A stretch of DNA of 64,000 nucleotides from an uncultured Dehalococcoidia bacterium (GTDB taxonomy: Bacteria > Chloroflexota > Dehalococcoidia > DSTF01 > JACRBR01): contig CAYJMJ010000009.1 in the NCBI GenBank assembly GCA_964371095.1, positions 3,156-67,155 on the forward strand. The letters are read 5' to 3'. The notes beneath the pieces were generated by a model. The model was given only the letters and a program-made list of their open reading frames with translations, made no database searches and was not told the origin of the DNA. Both the position numbers and the translations under genes were made by a program. Positions 9,819 to 19,284 of the stretch are shown one piece after another (position 1 is the stretch's first letter; the number at the start of each line of letters is the position of its first letter).

Positions 9819-9843
9819 GCGGGCTGCAAAGCCCGCGCCACGG
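9819..9843 (+). repeat. 25-nt GNRA-hairpin element copy 1: GCGGGCTGCAAAGCCCGCGCCACGG
   Basis: Stem GCGGGCT/AGCCCGC with GCAA loop, plus conserved GCCACGG flank. Matches 29879-29903 and the reverse complement of 39534-39558. Confidence 0.7.
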
Positions 9844-9912
9844 TGGCAAGACGAGCGCGTCGGCCGGACACCACCGACCTCCGACTTCCGACCTCTCAGC
9901 CACCAGCCCTCG

Positions 9913-10461
9913 CTACACCTTCACCGCGGCCGCGACGTAGCCCTTCTGTTCCAGCCGAAGCAGGACCTTGGCGACGCTTTCGGCCAGCTCCTCGGTCTCT
10001 GTGTCGACGACGACCTCGGCGTTGAGCGGCTCCTCGTACGGGTCGCTAATGCCGGTGAAGTTCGCGATCTCACCCTTCAGCGCCTTCTCGTACAGCCCCT
10101 TAACGTCGCGGCGCGTCAGCTCGGGGATCGAGCACTTTACGAACACCTCGACGAAATTGCCGACGTTCGTGCGCACCTCGTCGCGGATCTCGCGATACGG
10201 CGAGATGGCGGACGCGAGGACGCAGACGCCGTTGCGCGTCAGCACCTCGGCGACCCAGCCGATGCGGCGGATGTTCGTGTCGCGATCTTCCTTGCTGAAC
10301 CCGAGACCCTTGCTCAGGTGCGTGCGCACGACGTCGCCGTCGAGCTTCTCGAGCTTCGTGACGCCGCGCTCACGCAGCAGCGGCTCCAGAGCGTCGGAGA
10401 TGGTCGTCTTGCCCGCGCCCGAGAGCCCCGTGAACCAGACCGTGAATCCCTGCTGTTCCAA
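9913..10461 (-). CDS. cysC: Adenylylsulfate (APS) kinase
   Basis: MEQQGFTVWFTGLSGAGKTTISDALEPLL... P-loop and APS-kinase fold, about 180 aa. Confidence 0.93.
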   Translation of the reverse strand: MEQQGFTVWFTGLSGAGKTTISDALEPLLRERGVTKLEKLDGDVVRTHLSKGLGFSKEDRDTNIRRIGWVAEVLTRNGVCVLASAISPYREIRDEVRTNVGNFVEVFVKCSIPELTRRDVKGLYEKALKGEIANFTGISDPYEEPLNAEVVVDTETEELAESVAKVLLRLEQKGYVAAAVKV

Positions 10462-10598
10462 TCTCCCGTTCCTTCCTCTGTCATGCTGCCGGGCCGGTCG
10501 CCGGCGCGGCCTCGGGCGGGGGCGGCGCTCCCGTGCCGTCGTTCGGCGATGCCATCGTCATTTCGTGATGCGGGCGCATCGGAGGGTATGCGCCCGGG

Positions 10599-11366
10599 TC
10601 AGTCCGCGGCAACCCCCTGAGGGAGGCCGGTCCGGCCCTCGGGCACGTGCAGCCCGCACTCGACCTTGTCCTGGCCCTGCCAGCGGCCGCTGCGGGGATC
10701 GTCGCCCGGCTTCACGGGGTTGGTGCAGTAGGTGCAGCCGATACTCGGGTAGCCGCGATCGTGCAGCTCGTTGTACGGCACGCCGTTCTCGAGAATGTAC
10801 GTCCAGACCTGCGACTCGGTCCACGCCGCCAGGGGGTTGACCTTGACGAGGCCAAACTTGTCGTCCCACTCGACGATGCGGACGTCGCGGCGGGTCTTCG
10901 CCTGGTCGCGGCGGATGCCGCTGATCCAGGCGCGCCTTCCGGCGAGCGCACGCCGGTTGGGCTCGACCTTCCGGATCGCGCAGCACGCGTCGGCGTCGCG
11001 CGCCCAGAGCGCGTCGCCGTGGCGCGCCGCCTGCCGCGACGGCGTGAGCAGCGACGTGTAGCCGGCTGGCTGAAAGCCATAGCGCGCGGCCGCGACGTCG
11101 CGCAGCCGGTAGGTCTCCGGGAACAGGAAGTCGGTGTCGAGATAGAAGACGTCGACGCCCCGGTCGATCGCCATGATCATGTCGAGCAGCACCATGCCGC
11201 TCGGGCCGCCGAAGGAGCACGCGAGCGCGAGCCCGGGCTGGTACCGCTCGACCGCCCAACGCAGGATCTCCTGCGGCGACGCCCCCTCGAGCGCCGACGA
11301 CACTGCATCGAGATCGGCCGGCGCCGCGGCTACGCTGGTCGCGCGACCGTTGGCGTGCTCGCTCAT
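10599..11366 (-). CDS. cysH: Phosphoadenosine phosphosulfate / APS reductase (thioredoxin-dependent)
   Basis: ...ALACSFGGPSGMVLLDMI...WISGIRRDQ...ECGLH C-terminus. Start MSEHANG at 11366 forms an ATGA overlap with the sir stop. The tracked ORF start at 11519 is an extension. Confidence 0.88.
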   Translation of the reverse strand: MSEHANGRATSVAAAPADLDAVSSALEGASPQEILRWAVERYQPGLALACSFGGPSGMVLLDMIMAIDRGVDVFYLDTDFLFPETYRLRDVAAARYGFQPAGYTSLLTPSRQAARHGDALWARDADACCAIRKVEPNRRALAGRRAWISGIRRDQAKTRRDVRIVEWDDKFGLVKVNPLAAWTESQVWTYILENGVPYNELHDRGYPSIGCTYCTNPVKPGDDPRSGRWQGQDKVECGLHVPEGRTGLPQGVAAD

Positions 11367-13132
11367 ACGGCGCACTCGCCTTCGCCCATGTCGTCGAGCG
11401 TGAAGAGCTTCGTCTGGCCCCAGTCGACGTACGCCATGGGATCCTGGTTGAACGCGGGCACGGCCTTGAACTCGGCCAGCATCTCCTGCACGTACGCCGT
11501 GCCGACGCGGGCGGACCACGCGCCGAACCGCTCGCCGTCCGCGCGCTCACGGACGTAGGTGGCCACCAGCCGTTCGAAGGCATCGGGCGCCTGCCGCGCC
11601 GGGATCTTCATCGTGAACGCCGCGAGTCGGCCCTCGCCCTGCGCGCTGCCGCCGAGCAGCAGCTGGAACGCCGGAAGCTGGCGCTCACCGTTGCGTATCG
11701 CCATGCCGTAGAAGCCGATGTCGGCGACGTGGTGCTGGCCGCAGGAGTTCGGGCAGCCGCTCACCCTGATCTTGATCTCGTTGACGAGCGGGTCGCGGTA
11801 CGTGCCGTTGCCGGCCATGATCCGTGACCGCAGCTCCGTGCCGAGCCCCTTCGACGAGGTCACGCCGATCGAGCACGTGTCCGCGCCGGGACAGGTGACC
11901 ACGTCCGAGATCGTCAGGGCGTCGGGCTCCGCCAGGCCGATGTCGACCAGCTCGCCGTGCACGGCCGCCAGGTCGTCTTCGTGGACCCAGCGCAGGACGA
12001 AGTTCTGCGTCGCCGTGGTGCGAATGTGGCCGCCGGCATACTTCCGCGCGATCTCGGCCAGCGCGTGCATCTGCTCCGCCGACACGTCGCCGATCGGAAG
12101 CAGCACGTACACGGTGTGGTAGGGAGATTGCCGCTGCTTGAGCGCGTTCGTCCGGCGCCACGCGTCGAAGGCCGGTCGCGGGTCGGCGCCGCCGTGGCGC
12201 GACGCGTGGGATCCATCGGCCGGCGCCTCCTCGAGCATCGTGAAGTCCGGCTCGCGGTACTGCGGGCTCGTCGCCGGCGGCAGCGTCTCCAGCTCGGCCT
12301 CATACAGGCGGCGGAACTCATCGATGCCGAGCTTCGCGATGAGGAACTTGATGCGCGCCTTGTTCTTGTTGCGCCGCTCGCCGAGGCGATCCCACACCCG
12401 GATCACCGCCTCGGTCGTGCGCAGCTGTTCGCGGACGGGGATGAAGTCGACGAGCACGTCGGCGACGCGCGGCGCGGCGCCGAGGCCGCCCCCGACGCTG
12501 ACGCGGAAGCCCTGCTGCCCGTCGCGTTCCACGGCCATGAGCCCGATGTCGTGCATCGGGATGAGTCCGCGGTCCTCGGGGCTGGCGGAGTAGGTGATCT
12601 TGAACTTGCGCGGCAGCTTCTGGTTGACCGAGTTGCGCAGGAAGTAGCGCATCGCCGCCTCGGCGTACGGCGTGATGTCGAACACGCAGTCGTCGGCGAT
12701 GCCGCTGAGCGGGTCCGCGGTGATGTTGCGGACGGTGTGGCCGCACGCCTCGCGCGTCGTGACACCGACCTCGGCGAGGCGGCGCATGACCTTCGGCGTG
12801 TCTTCGAGCTTGACGAAATGGAGCTGGATCGCCTGGCGGGTGGTGACGTGGCCCAGTTTGCGCAGGCTGTACGTCTCGGCGCACTCGGCGATGGCGTGGA
12901 GCTGCTCCGGGGTCAGGGTGCCGTGCGGCACCTTGATGCGCATCATCTGCACGTTCGCCTGGCGCTGGCCGTAGGTGCCGTGCTGGAGGCGGAAGGGGCG
13001 GAAATCGTCGCCGAGGCCGCCGCCGGCGCGCCAGGCGAGCGCCTCGCGCTCGAAGTTGTCGATTTCGGGCTTAACGATGGGGTCGTTCGACTTGTCCTGC
13101 GCGAACTCGGAGGGCGAGATACCCGTGACCAT
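11363..13132 (-). CDS. sir: Assimilatory sulfite reductase hemoprotein (ferredoxin/NADPH type, siroheme and 4Fe-4S)
   Basis: ...TCPGADTCSIGVTSS...SGCPNSCGQHHVADIGFYG..., the nitrite/sulfite reductase 4Fe-4S/siroheme cysteine cluster. 589 aa. Confidence 0.9.
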   Translation of the reverse strand: MVTGISPSEFAQDKSNDPIVKPEIDNFEREALAWRAGGGLGDDFRPFRLQHGTYGQRQANVQMMRIKVPHGTLTPEQLHAIAECAETYSLRKLGHVTTRQAIQLHFVKLEDTPKVMRRLAEVGVTTREACGHTVRNITADPLSGIADDCVFDITPYAEAAMRYFLRNSVNQKLPRKFKITYSASPEDRGLIPMHDIGLMAVERDGQQGFRVSVGGGLGAAPRVADVLVDFIPVREQLRTTEAVIRVWDRLGERRNKNKARIKFLIAKLGIDEFRRLYEAELETLPPATSPQYREPDFTMLEEAPADGSHASRHGGADPRPAFDAWRRTNALKQRQSPYHTVYVLLPIGDVSAEQMHALAEIARKYAGGHIRTTATQNFVLRWVHEDDLAAVHGELVDIGLAEPDALTISDVVTCPGADTCSIGVTSSKGLGTELRSRIMAGNGTYRDPLVNEIKIRVSGCPNSCGQHHVADIGFYGMAIRNGERQLPAFQLLLGGSAQGEGRLAAFTMKIPARQAPDAFERLVATYVRERADGERFGAWSARVGTAYVQEMLAEFKAVPAFNQDPMAYVDWGQTKLFTLDDMGEGECAV

Positions 13133-13172
13133 GACCGTCTCCCGTTCTACGCTGAAATCGCTTAGTGAATCG

Positions 13173-13181
13173 ACTTAGTCA
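13173..13181 (-). promoter_or_regulatory. Candidate operator GACTTAGTC (4-1-4 palindrome), 3 nt downstream of the sir -10 element
   Basis: Palindrome overlaps the predicted TSS of the sir-cysH-cysC-sat operon. An ACTAAG direct repeat lies in the same leader. Assigning CymR/Rrf2 as the binder is a guess. Confidence 0.3.
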
Positions 13182-13184
13182 ACA

Positions 13185-13213
13185 TTATCGATCGCCGGAT
13201 TGAGGGAGTCAAG
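13185..13213 (-). promoter_or_regulatory. Sigma-70-like promoter of the sulfate assimilation operon: -35 TTGACT (13208-13213), 17-nt spacer, -10 GATAAT (13185-13190), read on minus strand
   Basis: 5/6 and 5/6 matches to TTGACA and TATAAT with ideal spacing, about 50 nt upstream of the sir ATG (13132), in a GC-rich genome where such hexamers are rare. Confidence 0.5.
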
Positions 13214-13222
13214 GCGGCGGCG

Positions 13223-13237
13223 TTATGTCGCATAACT
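13223..13237. promoter_or_regulatory. Perfect 6-3-6 inverted repeat GTTATGtcgCATAAC about 10 nt upstream of the sir -35
   Basis: AT-rich palindrome in the activator-site position relative to the predicted promoter. It also lies 30 nt downstream of the nth stop. Confidence 0.3.
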
Positions 13238-13266
13238 AGAGCGTCCGGCCTCGCCAAGGCGTGGGC

Positions 13267-14034
13267 TCACCCGGTCGGCTGCGGGCCTCTTGCGGCGCGC
13301 TTCAGCTCCGGGTGGTACTTCGCCGCGCTCGGGCAGAGGTCCGCGAGCGCGCAGTCACCGCATCGCGGACGCTGCGACGCGCAGGTGCGCCGGCCGTGCT
13401 TGATCAGGCCGATGTGGAAGGCATAGAAGTCCTCCGGCGCCACCACAGCCTCGAGGAGGTCGTGGGCCTTCTCGGCGGTCATCGCCGCCCGTCCCGCCCG
13501 CTCCGGGATCAGGCCGAGGCGCGTCGCCACGCGGAAGACGTGCGTGTCGACGGGCATTGCCGGGCGGCCCAGGGCGAACATCAGGACGCACGCCACCGTC
13601 TTCGGGCCGACGCCGTGGATGCTGCGCAGCCACGCCCGCGCGTCGTCGAGCGGCAACTCCGCCAGGAATCCCAGATCGAAGCTGCCGTTGCGTTGCTTTA
13701 TGTCGCGCAGCGCGGTCTGGATGCGCGGCGCCTTCGTCGGCGCGAGCCCGCCCGGCTGGATCGCCTCGATCAGTTTCGGGAGCGGCGCGTCCATGACGGC
13801 CTCCCACGCCGGGAACGCCGCCAGCAGGCGCGCGAACGCGCGGCCGGAGTTGGCGTCGGATGTGTTCTGCGAGAGGATCGTCAGCACCAGCTCCGACGTC
13901 GGATCGTGGTGCGGCCGCCACTCCGGCAGCCCGTACGCCTCGTCGAGCCGCGCGATGATCTCGGGGATGCGCGCCACGTTCGCGTGCGGCCGCGGTGCGC
14001 GGGCAGGCCTGCTGCGTGAGGTGGGCTTCGGCAC
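13267..14034 (-). CDS. nth: Endonuclease III (DNA glycosylase/AP lyase, HhH-GPD with 4Fe-4S)
   Basis: ...LVLTILSQNTSDANS...IHGVGPKTVACVLMFALGRPAMPVDTHVFRV...CASQRPRCGDCALADLC. Confidence 0.9.
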   Translation of the reverse strand: MPKPTSRSRPARAPRPHANVARIPEIIARLDEAYGLPEWRPHHDPTSELVLTILSQNTSDANSGRAFARLLAAFPAWEAVMDAPLPKLIEAIQPGGLAPTKAPRIQTALRDIKQRNGSFDLGFLAELPLDDARAWLRSIHGVGPKTVACVLMFALGRPAMPVDTHVFRVATRLGLIPERAGRAAMTAEKAHDLLEAVVAPEDFYAFHIGLIKHGRRTCASQRPRCGDCALADLCPSAAKYHPELKRAARGPQPTG

Positions 14035-14085
14035 GGGCGCAGGATAACGCAGCCACCGGAGGTCCGCGGTCGCGTCCTACGCGAG

Positions 14086-14124
14086 AAAGCAGAAGGCCGG
14101 ACGTTATGTCCGGCCTTCTGCTTT
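14086..14124 (-). terminator. Intrinsic terminator-like hairpin: 16-bp perfect stem AAGCAGAAGGCCGGAC / GTCCGGCCTTCTGCTT, loop GTTAT
   Basis: Lies 20 nt downstream of the stop of the 3D-domain gene. On the minus strand the stem ends in ...CUGCUUU followed by CUCGCG. Confidence 0.6.
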
Positions 14125-14144
14125 GCCCGATGCGCCGGTTGGCG

Positions 14145-15107
14145 CTAGTTGACGATCGTTATGTCGGCCGACGTCGTGCCGAGGCTGCTCTGCCATGCCA
14201 TGCCGTCGCTCGTGTTTTCGAAGTAAACGTCGACCCACGTCGCCGGCAGCATGCCGCGGTCGAGGCACTCGTAGGTGCGACCGGTCGGGTCGCCCGCGAT
14301 CCGCAGCTTCGTGCCGAACGGCAGGTTGTTGCTGCACGCGGCCGCGCCCTCGAAGGCCACGCCGCCGCTCGCCATGTGGTTGCAGAAGCCGCCACCGGGG
14401 CCCGTGCAACCGTAGATAGTGATCCGCGCCCGCACGACGGTGCCCGGCGCGAAGCCGGAAGCCGACTGCATGCTGTACGGCGCCGGCACGGCTACCGGCT
14501 TGAGCGATGCCGCCCTCTCGGCAGCCGCACGCTCATCGGCGATCGCCTGCATGGCCTTCAAGGCGTTCTGCTGCTCGACTTGCGCCGCGGCGATGACGGC
14601 AGCGCCCACGGCGCCCGCGGGCGGCGCGGCGACGCTGTACGACTCTTCCCAGTTGCCGGCGACGCCGGCGGCCGCACGCTGCTCGAGCGCCGGGCCAAGC
14701 GCCGGCGCGGGTGCCGCCGGCGCACGCAGGCTGCTCGCGACGGCCGTCATGGCCGGGATCGAGGCGGCCAGCATCAGGATGCCGACCCCGATCAGCGTCG
14801 CGAGGGCGATCCGCCGGGCGATGAACTCCCGCGCGGTGGTCTGCAGCCCGACGACGGCGCCCGAAGGCGATACGGCGACTGGCTGCAGCTCGGGTGCAGC
14901 TTCGACGAAGGCAGGCGTCAGCCTTCGGTCGTTTACAAAGGCGAGGCCGACGGATGCGGCGGCACCCGCCACCATCATCGTCGCTTTCGCGCCCGCCACG
15001 AATCCACGGTAACTCAGACAGCCCCCCTTTTTCTCCGCAAGACACCGGTCGAAATTCGTATCACGCCCGCCGTTGGCGGGTGCCAGCGCCTCCAGGACAA
15101 GGGGCAC
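14145..15107 (-). CDS. Membrane-anchored 3D-domain (MltA-like double-psi beta-barrel) cell-wall-binding protein
   Basis: C-terminus ...ITIYGCTGPGGGFCNHMASGGVAFEGAAACSNNLPFGTKLRIAGDPTGRTYECLDRGMLPATWVDVYFEN is a 3D domain. TM helix IALATLIGVGILMLAASIPAM. Ala/Gln-rich coiled segment. Start uncertain: GTG at 15107 or ATG near 14978. Confidence 0.7.
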   Translation of the reverse strand: MPLVLEALAPANGGRDTNFDRCLAEKKGGCLSYRGFVAGAKATMMVAGAAASVGLAFVNDRRLTPAFVEAAPELQPVAVSPSGAVVGLQTTAREFIARRIALATLIGVGILMLAASIPAMTAVASSLRAPAAPAPALGPALEQRAAAGVAGNWEESYSVAAPPAGAVGAAVIAAAQVEQQNALKAMQAIADERAAAERAASLKPVAVPAPYSMQSASGFAPGTVVRARITIYGCTGPGGGFCNHMASGGVAFEGAAACSNNLPFGTKLRIAGDPTGRTYECLDRGMLPATWVDVYFENTSDGMAWQSSLGTTSADITIVN

Positions 15108-15118
15108 AAAGCGGGCGC

Positions 15119-15146
15119 ATTATAACCCCGGATCCGGGCAGATCAA
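15119..15146 (-). promoter_or_regulatory. Near-consensus promoter on minus strand: -35 TTGATC (15141-15146), 16-nt spacer, -10 TATAAT (15119-15124), 11 nt upstream of the GTG at 15107
   Basis: Perfect TATAAT with plausible -35. Embedded in a CCCGGATCCGGG palindrome. Would yield an essentially leaderless transcript for the 3D-domain gene. Confidence 0.35.
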
Positions 15147-15414
15147 GGTCGATCCGGTAGGGAAACGCCCTGATTGACGGCTCTTGACAGCCCCCAAAGA
15201 CGCCTGAAGGGCGGCCGGTTCCGAATCTGACGAGAGGGCTCTCAGATTCGGCTCGGGCCGGTTCCCGAGAATTTAACAGGCTCCCGGGCACCAGAAGGCC
15301 CGTTTCGGGCCGAAACGGGCCGTTTCGAGGTGCTGGCGTCGACAGGTAGCTAACGCGCTTCGTTCGAGTTCTGTTTCGATGCGTAGCCTGCGCTACGTTG
15401 TGTATACGCGGCTG

Positions 15415-16587
<1,173 letters not shown>

Positions 16588-16759
16588 GATGGGACTCCTA
16601 TCGGCGCCTGTGGCGACGCTGGCGTGCGGGGATGTTTTCGTGATGTCCCGGAGTATATGAAGCCGCAAAGTGGAGCGTCAATTCGCGGCGAGCAGGTCCG
16701 AGATTACGGTCGCCGACGCCTCCCCAGCCGTGGTGAACGGCTATCGCGCTCCGGATTCC

Positions 16760-17602
16760 TCAGCGGGCTGTCAGGGTCCGAACCGGAGCTGGCATAAGCG
16801 AACCATCGTCGACAGGCGAGGGGCTCGGGCGTGGCGGGCCATCTGCTGCGCTGATCGAACTCATGACGGAGACCTTCCGGGTATGACGCACTCCCGCGGC
16901 GTCTGGTCGACTGAACTCGAATGTGAAAAGAAAGCGAGCGTCGGCGACGACCGCTGGTACCGTCAACAGTGGAACGTGGATTGGCGTGATGCCGAACAGC
17001 GTGTTCGTGCTCTTTCCAGGGGCACACGTCTTCAGTTGAGTCGCGGGGTGGTCAGGGTCTCCGACGAATACCCGCAGCACCACCCCGTTCGACACCGGGT
17101 CGACATCGAGCAAGTAATTGAGGACGACCGGAACTTGAGGTGACGGTGAGACGTCCGCGATGAGCCGCAGCCGGTGCTTGCCGGGCGCGAGCCTCTTGAG
17201 GAACGGCGGGTACGACGAGTCGTCAGGGTTTGCCGTCGCCTTGCGGATGGGCACGGTGAACGCGACGTGCTGATCGCAGGCCGGCCGCGTCAGCGCGTTT
17301 GTGGTCGCTTCGGCGTCAAGGCGACCCACGACAAGGTCATTGGGAAGATCGGCATCCTGTGCGACGCTGCTGCCGGGTGGACCAAGTACTTGAATTTGGT
17401 CGAACGGATTGCCGCTCCTCACGGCGATGCGGGTCTGCAGGTCGGGATGACCGCCCGGAGCCGCCGACGATAGGATCACGCTCACCGTCGTTGCGGGAAC
17501 CCCGTGAACAGACCCGAGCCAGGCACCGGCGAGCGCGCCGGCCGCGAGGACCGCGACAAGGAGCGCCATCCGAGCGTTCTCTTGCGTCGTCATACGTGCC
17601 AT
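16760..17602 (-). CDS. Secreted hypothetical protein, about 280 aa with signal peptide; no recognisable domain
   Basis: MARMTTQENARMALLVAVLAAGALAGAWLGSVHG is signal-peptide-like. Balanced composition downstream. The tracked 569-aa ORF is an artefactual fusion running antisense through the crotonase gene. Confidence 0.55.
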   Translation of the reverse strand: MARMTTQENARMALLVAVLAAGALAGAWLGSVHGVPATTVSVILSSAAPGGHPDLQTRIAVRSGNPFDQIQVLGPPGSSVAQDADLPNDLVVGRLDAEATTNALTRPACDQHVAFTVPIRKATANPDDSSYPPFLKRLAPGKHRLRLIADVSPSPQVPVVLNYLLDVDPVSNGVVLRVFVGDPDHPATQLKTCAPGKSTNTLFGITPIHVPLLTVPAVVADARFLFTFEFSRPDAAGVRHTRKVSVMSSISAADGPPRPSPSPVDDGSLMPAPVRTLTAR

Positions 17603-17652
17603 CTCGCCCCTCGCCGCGCAGAGACGCCCTCGAGTTGCACCCCCGGCGCCCC

Positions 17653-18426
17653 CTACCGCCCCTCGAACCGCGGAGGGCGTTTTTCGAGGAAGGCGCGGAC
17701 GCCTTCGGCGCGATCGTGCGTCGTCTGGAGGATGACCGTGAGGTCGGTCTCGTAGCGGAGCGCCTGTTCGAGCGGCATGTCGAGGCCGCGGTTGATCGCC
17801 TCTTTCGCGTAGCGGAGCGCGAGCGGGCCGCGCGACGCCATCGTCTGCGCCAACCGCTCGGCGACGGCGCGCGCCTCCGCCGCCGGCGCGACGTGGTTGA
17901 CGAGACCGCAGGAGAGCGCCGCCGCGGCATCGACCGGCTCGCCGAGCAGGATCATCTCCGCCGCCTTCGCGCGGCCGATGAGGCGCGGCAGCCGCTGCGT
18001 GCCGCCACCCCGCGGCATCGATCCCGCAGCCAGGCCAGGGAGGGCGAACGTGGCGTGATCGGCGGCGATGCGGACGTCGCAGGCGAGCGCCAACTCGAGC
18101 CCGGCGCCGAGGGCGTCGCCCTCGACCAGGGCGATGACCGGCTGCCCCATCGTCTCCAGGCAGCGGAACGGCAGGGCGTCGCGCCCGGGCGCGTCGTCCG
18201 CCTCGGCAGCGCCCGGTTCCTGTCCGGCCGAGAACGCCTCGCCTTCGGCGCTCAGCAACACGACGGACACGGCGGCGTCGTCGTGGAGCATGGCGGCGGC
18301 GGCATCGAGTTCGTCGAGGAACGGCCGATCGATGGGGTTGCGGCGCGCCGGGCGACTCAGCCGGAGCTCGGCGACCGGACCATTCTTCGAAATGGCTATG
18401 GTGTCGAATCGCATCGGCGCGATCAT
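17653..18426 (-). CDS. Enoyl-CoA hydratase/isomerase (crotonase family)
   Basis: ...VVLLSAEGEAFSAGQE...VIALVEGDALGAGLELALACDVRIAADHATFALP..., the crotonase fold with oxyanion-hole motifs. Confidence 0.85.
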   Translation of the reverse strand: MIAPMRFDTIAISKNGPVAELRLSRPARRNPIDRPFLDELDAAAAMLHDDAAVSVVLLSAEGEAFSAGQEPGAAEADDAPGRDALPFRCLETMGQPVIALVEGDALGAGLELALACDVRIAADHATFALPGLAAGSMPRGGGTQRLPRLIGRAKAAEMILLGEPVDAAAALSCGLVNHVAPAAEARAVAERLAQTMASRGPLALRYAKEAINRGLDMPLEQALRYETDLTVILQTTHDRAEGVRAFLEKRPPRFEGR

Positions 18427-18480
18427 AACAGAAGACAGCCGGCGCGGGAGCCGGCGTGAGCCATCTCACGGAGGTGCACG

Positions 18481-19275
18481 ATGGTATTGCAGGAGGCGGA
18501 GGCGGTCCGCGCGCAGACCGGCAGGCTCCCGGGCAAGACGGCGATCGTCACGGGAGGCGGCTCCGGCATCGGCCGGGCGAGCGCGCTGCTGTTCGCGCGC
18601 GAGGGCGCCAGCGTCGTCGTGTCGGACTGGCAGGAGGAGAGCGGCGCGGCGGTCGCCCGGGAGATCGAGGCCGATGGCGGCGCGGCGACGTTCATCCGCG
18701 CCGACGTCTCGAAGGAAGACGACGTGCGGAACCTGATCGCCGCGGCGGTGGACACGTACGGGCGGCTCGACGTGCTCTTCAATAACGCGGGCATCGAAGG
18801 CGAGATGAACGAGCCGACGGGCGAGGCCTCGCTGGACACGTGGAACCGCGTCATCGCGATCAACCTGACGGGCGTGTTCCTGGGCTGCCGCTACGCGATC
18901 CCGGAGATGCTCAGGCTTGGCGGCGGGTCGATCGTGAACATGGCCTCGGTGGCCGGGCTGGTCGGATTCGCGGGTGTTCCGGCGTACGCCGCATCGAAGG
19001 GCGGCGTCGTGCAGTTGACGCGGACGGCCGCACTGGAGTATGCAACGCAGGGAATACGCGTGAACGCGGTGTGCCCCGGCATCATCGACACGCCGATGGT
19101 GCGGCGGGCGGCGCCGGACGAAGCGTCGCTCGCGGCATTCGCGCAGCTGGAGCCGATGGGACGGCTGGGACTGGCGGAGGAAGTGGCCGCGCTGGCGCTC
19201 TTCCTCGCCAGCGACGAGGCCTCGTTCGTGACGGGGGCGATCATCCCGGTGGACGGCGGGTACGTGGCGCGATAG
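18481..19275 (+). CDS. Short-chain dehydrogenase/reductase (SDR), 3-oxoacyl-ACP reductase-like
   Basis: GKTAIVTGGGSGIGRA...NNAGI...YAASKGGVVQLTR, the TGxxxGxG and YxxxK motifs. Confidence 0.85.
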   Translation: MVLQEAEAVRAQTGRLPGKTAIVTGGGSGIGRASALLFAREGASVVVSDWQEESGAAVAREIEADGGAATFIRADVSKEDDVRNLIAAAVDTYGRLDVLFNNAGIEGEMNEPTGEASLDTWNRVIAINLTGVFLGCRYAIPEMLRLGGGSIVNMASVAGLVGFAGVPAYAASKGGVVQLTRTAALEYATQGIRVNAVCPGIIDTPMVRRAAPDEASLAAFAQLEPMGRLGLAEEVAALALFLASDEASFVTGAIIPVDGGYVAR

Positions 19276-19284
19276 GAGCGGCTA

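Noticed and set aside
9611-9874. 87-aa minus-strand ORF (and 9549-9791) in the sat-cysC spacer
   Set aside because: Arg-rich, no SD, overlaps the hairpin repeat and AT-rich patch. More likely non-coding regulatory sequence.
13223-13237. GTTATGtcgCATAAC as a rho-independent terminator for nth
   Set aside because: AT-rich 6-bp stem with no U-tract is a poor terminator. Its position relative to the sir promoter fits a regulator site better, though this is unproven.
15150-15414. c-di-AMP (ydaO-type) riboswitch upstream of the 3D-domain cell-wall gene
   Set aside because: GAAUC and CCCGGGAGCC-like motifs are present, but in the wrong order relative to the consensus I recall. A strong promoter sits downstream of them, so the region is more likely 3' UTR/terminators of the thiolase gene. 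Left as a low-confidence note needing a cmsearch.
16760-18469. 569-aa minus-strand ORF
   Set aside because: Artefactual fusion. Its N-terminal half is an alternative frame across the crotonase gene (17653-18426). Only the C-terminal 280 aa (from the MARMTTQ signal peptide) looks protein-like.
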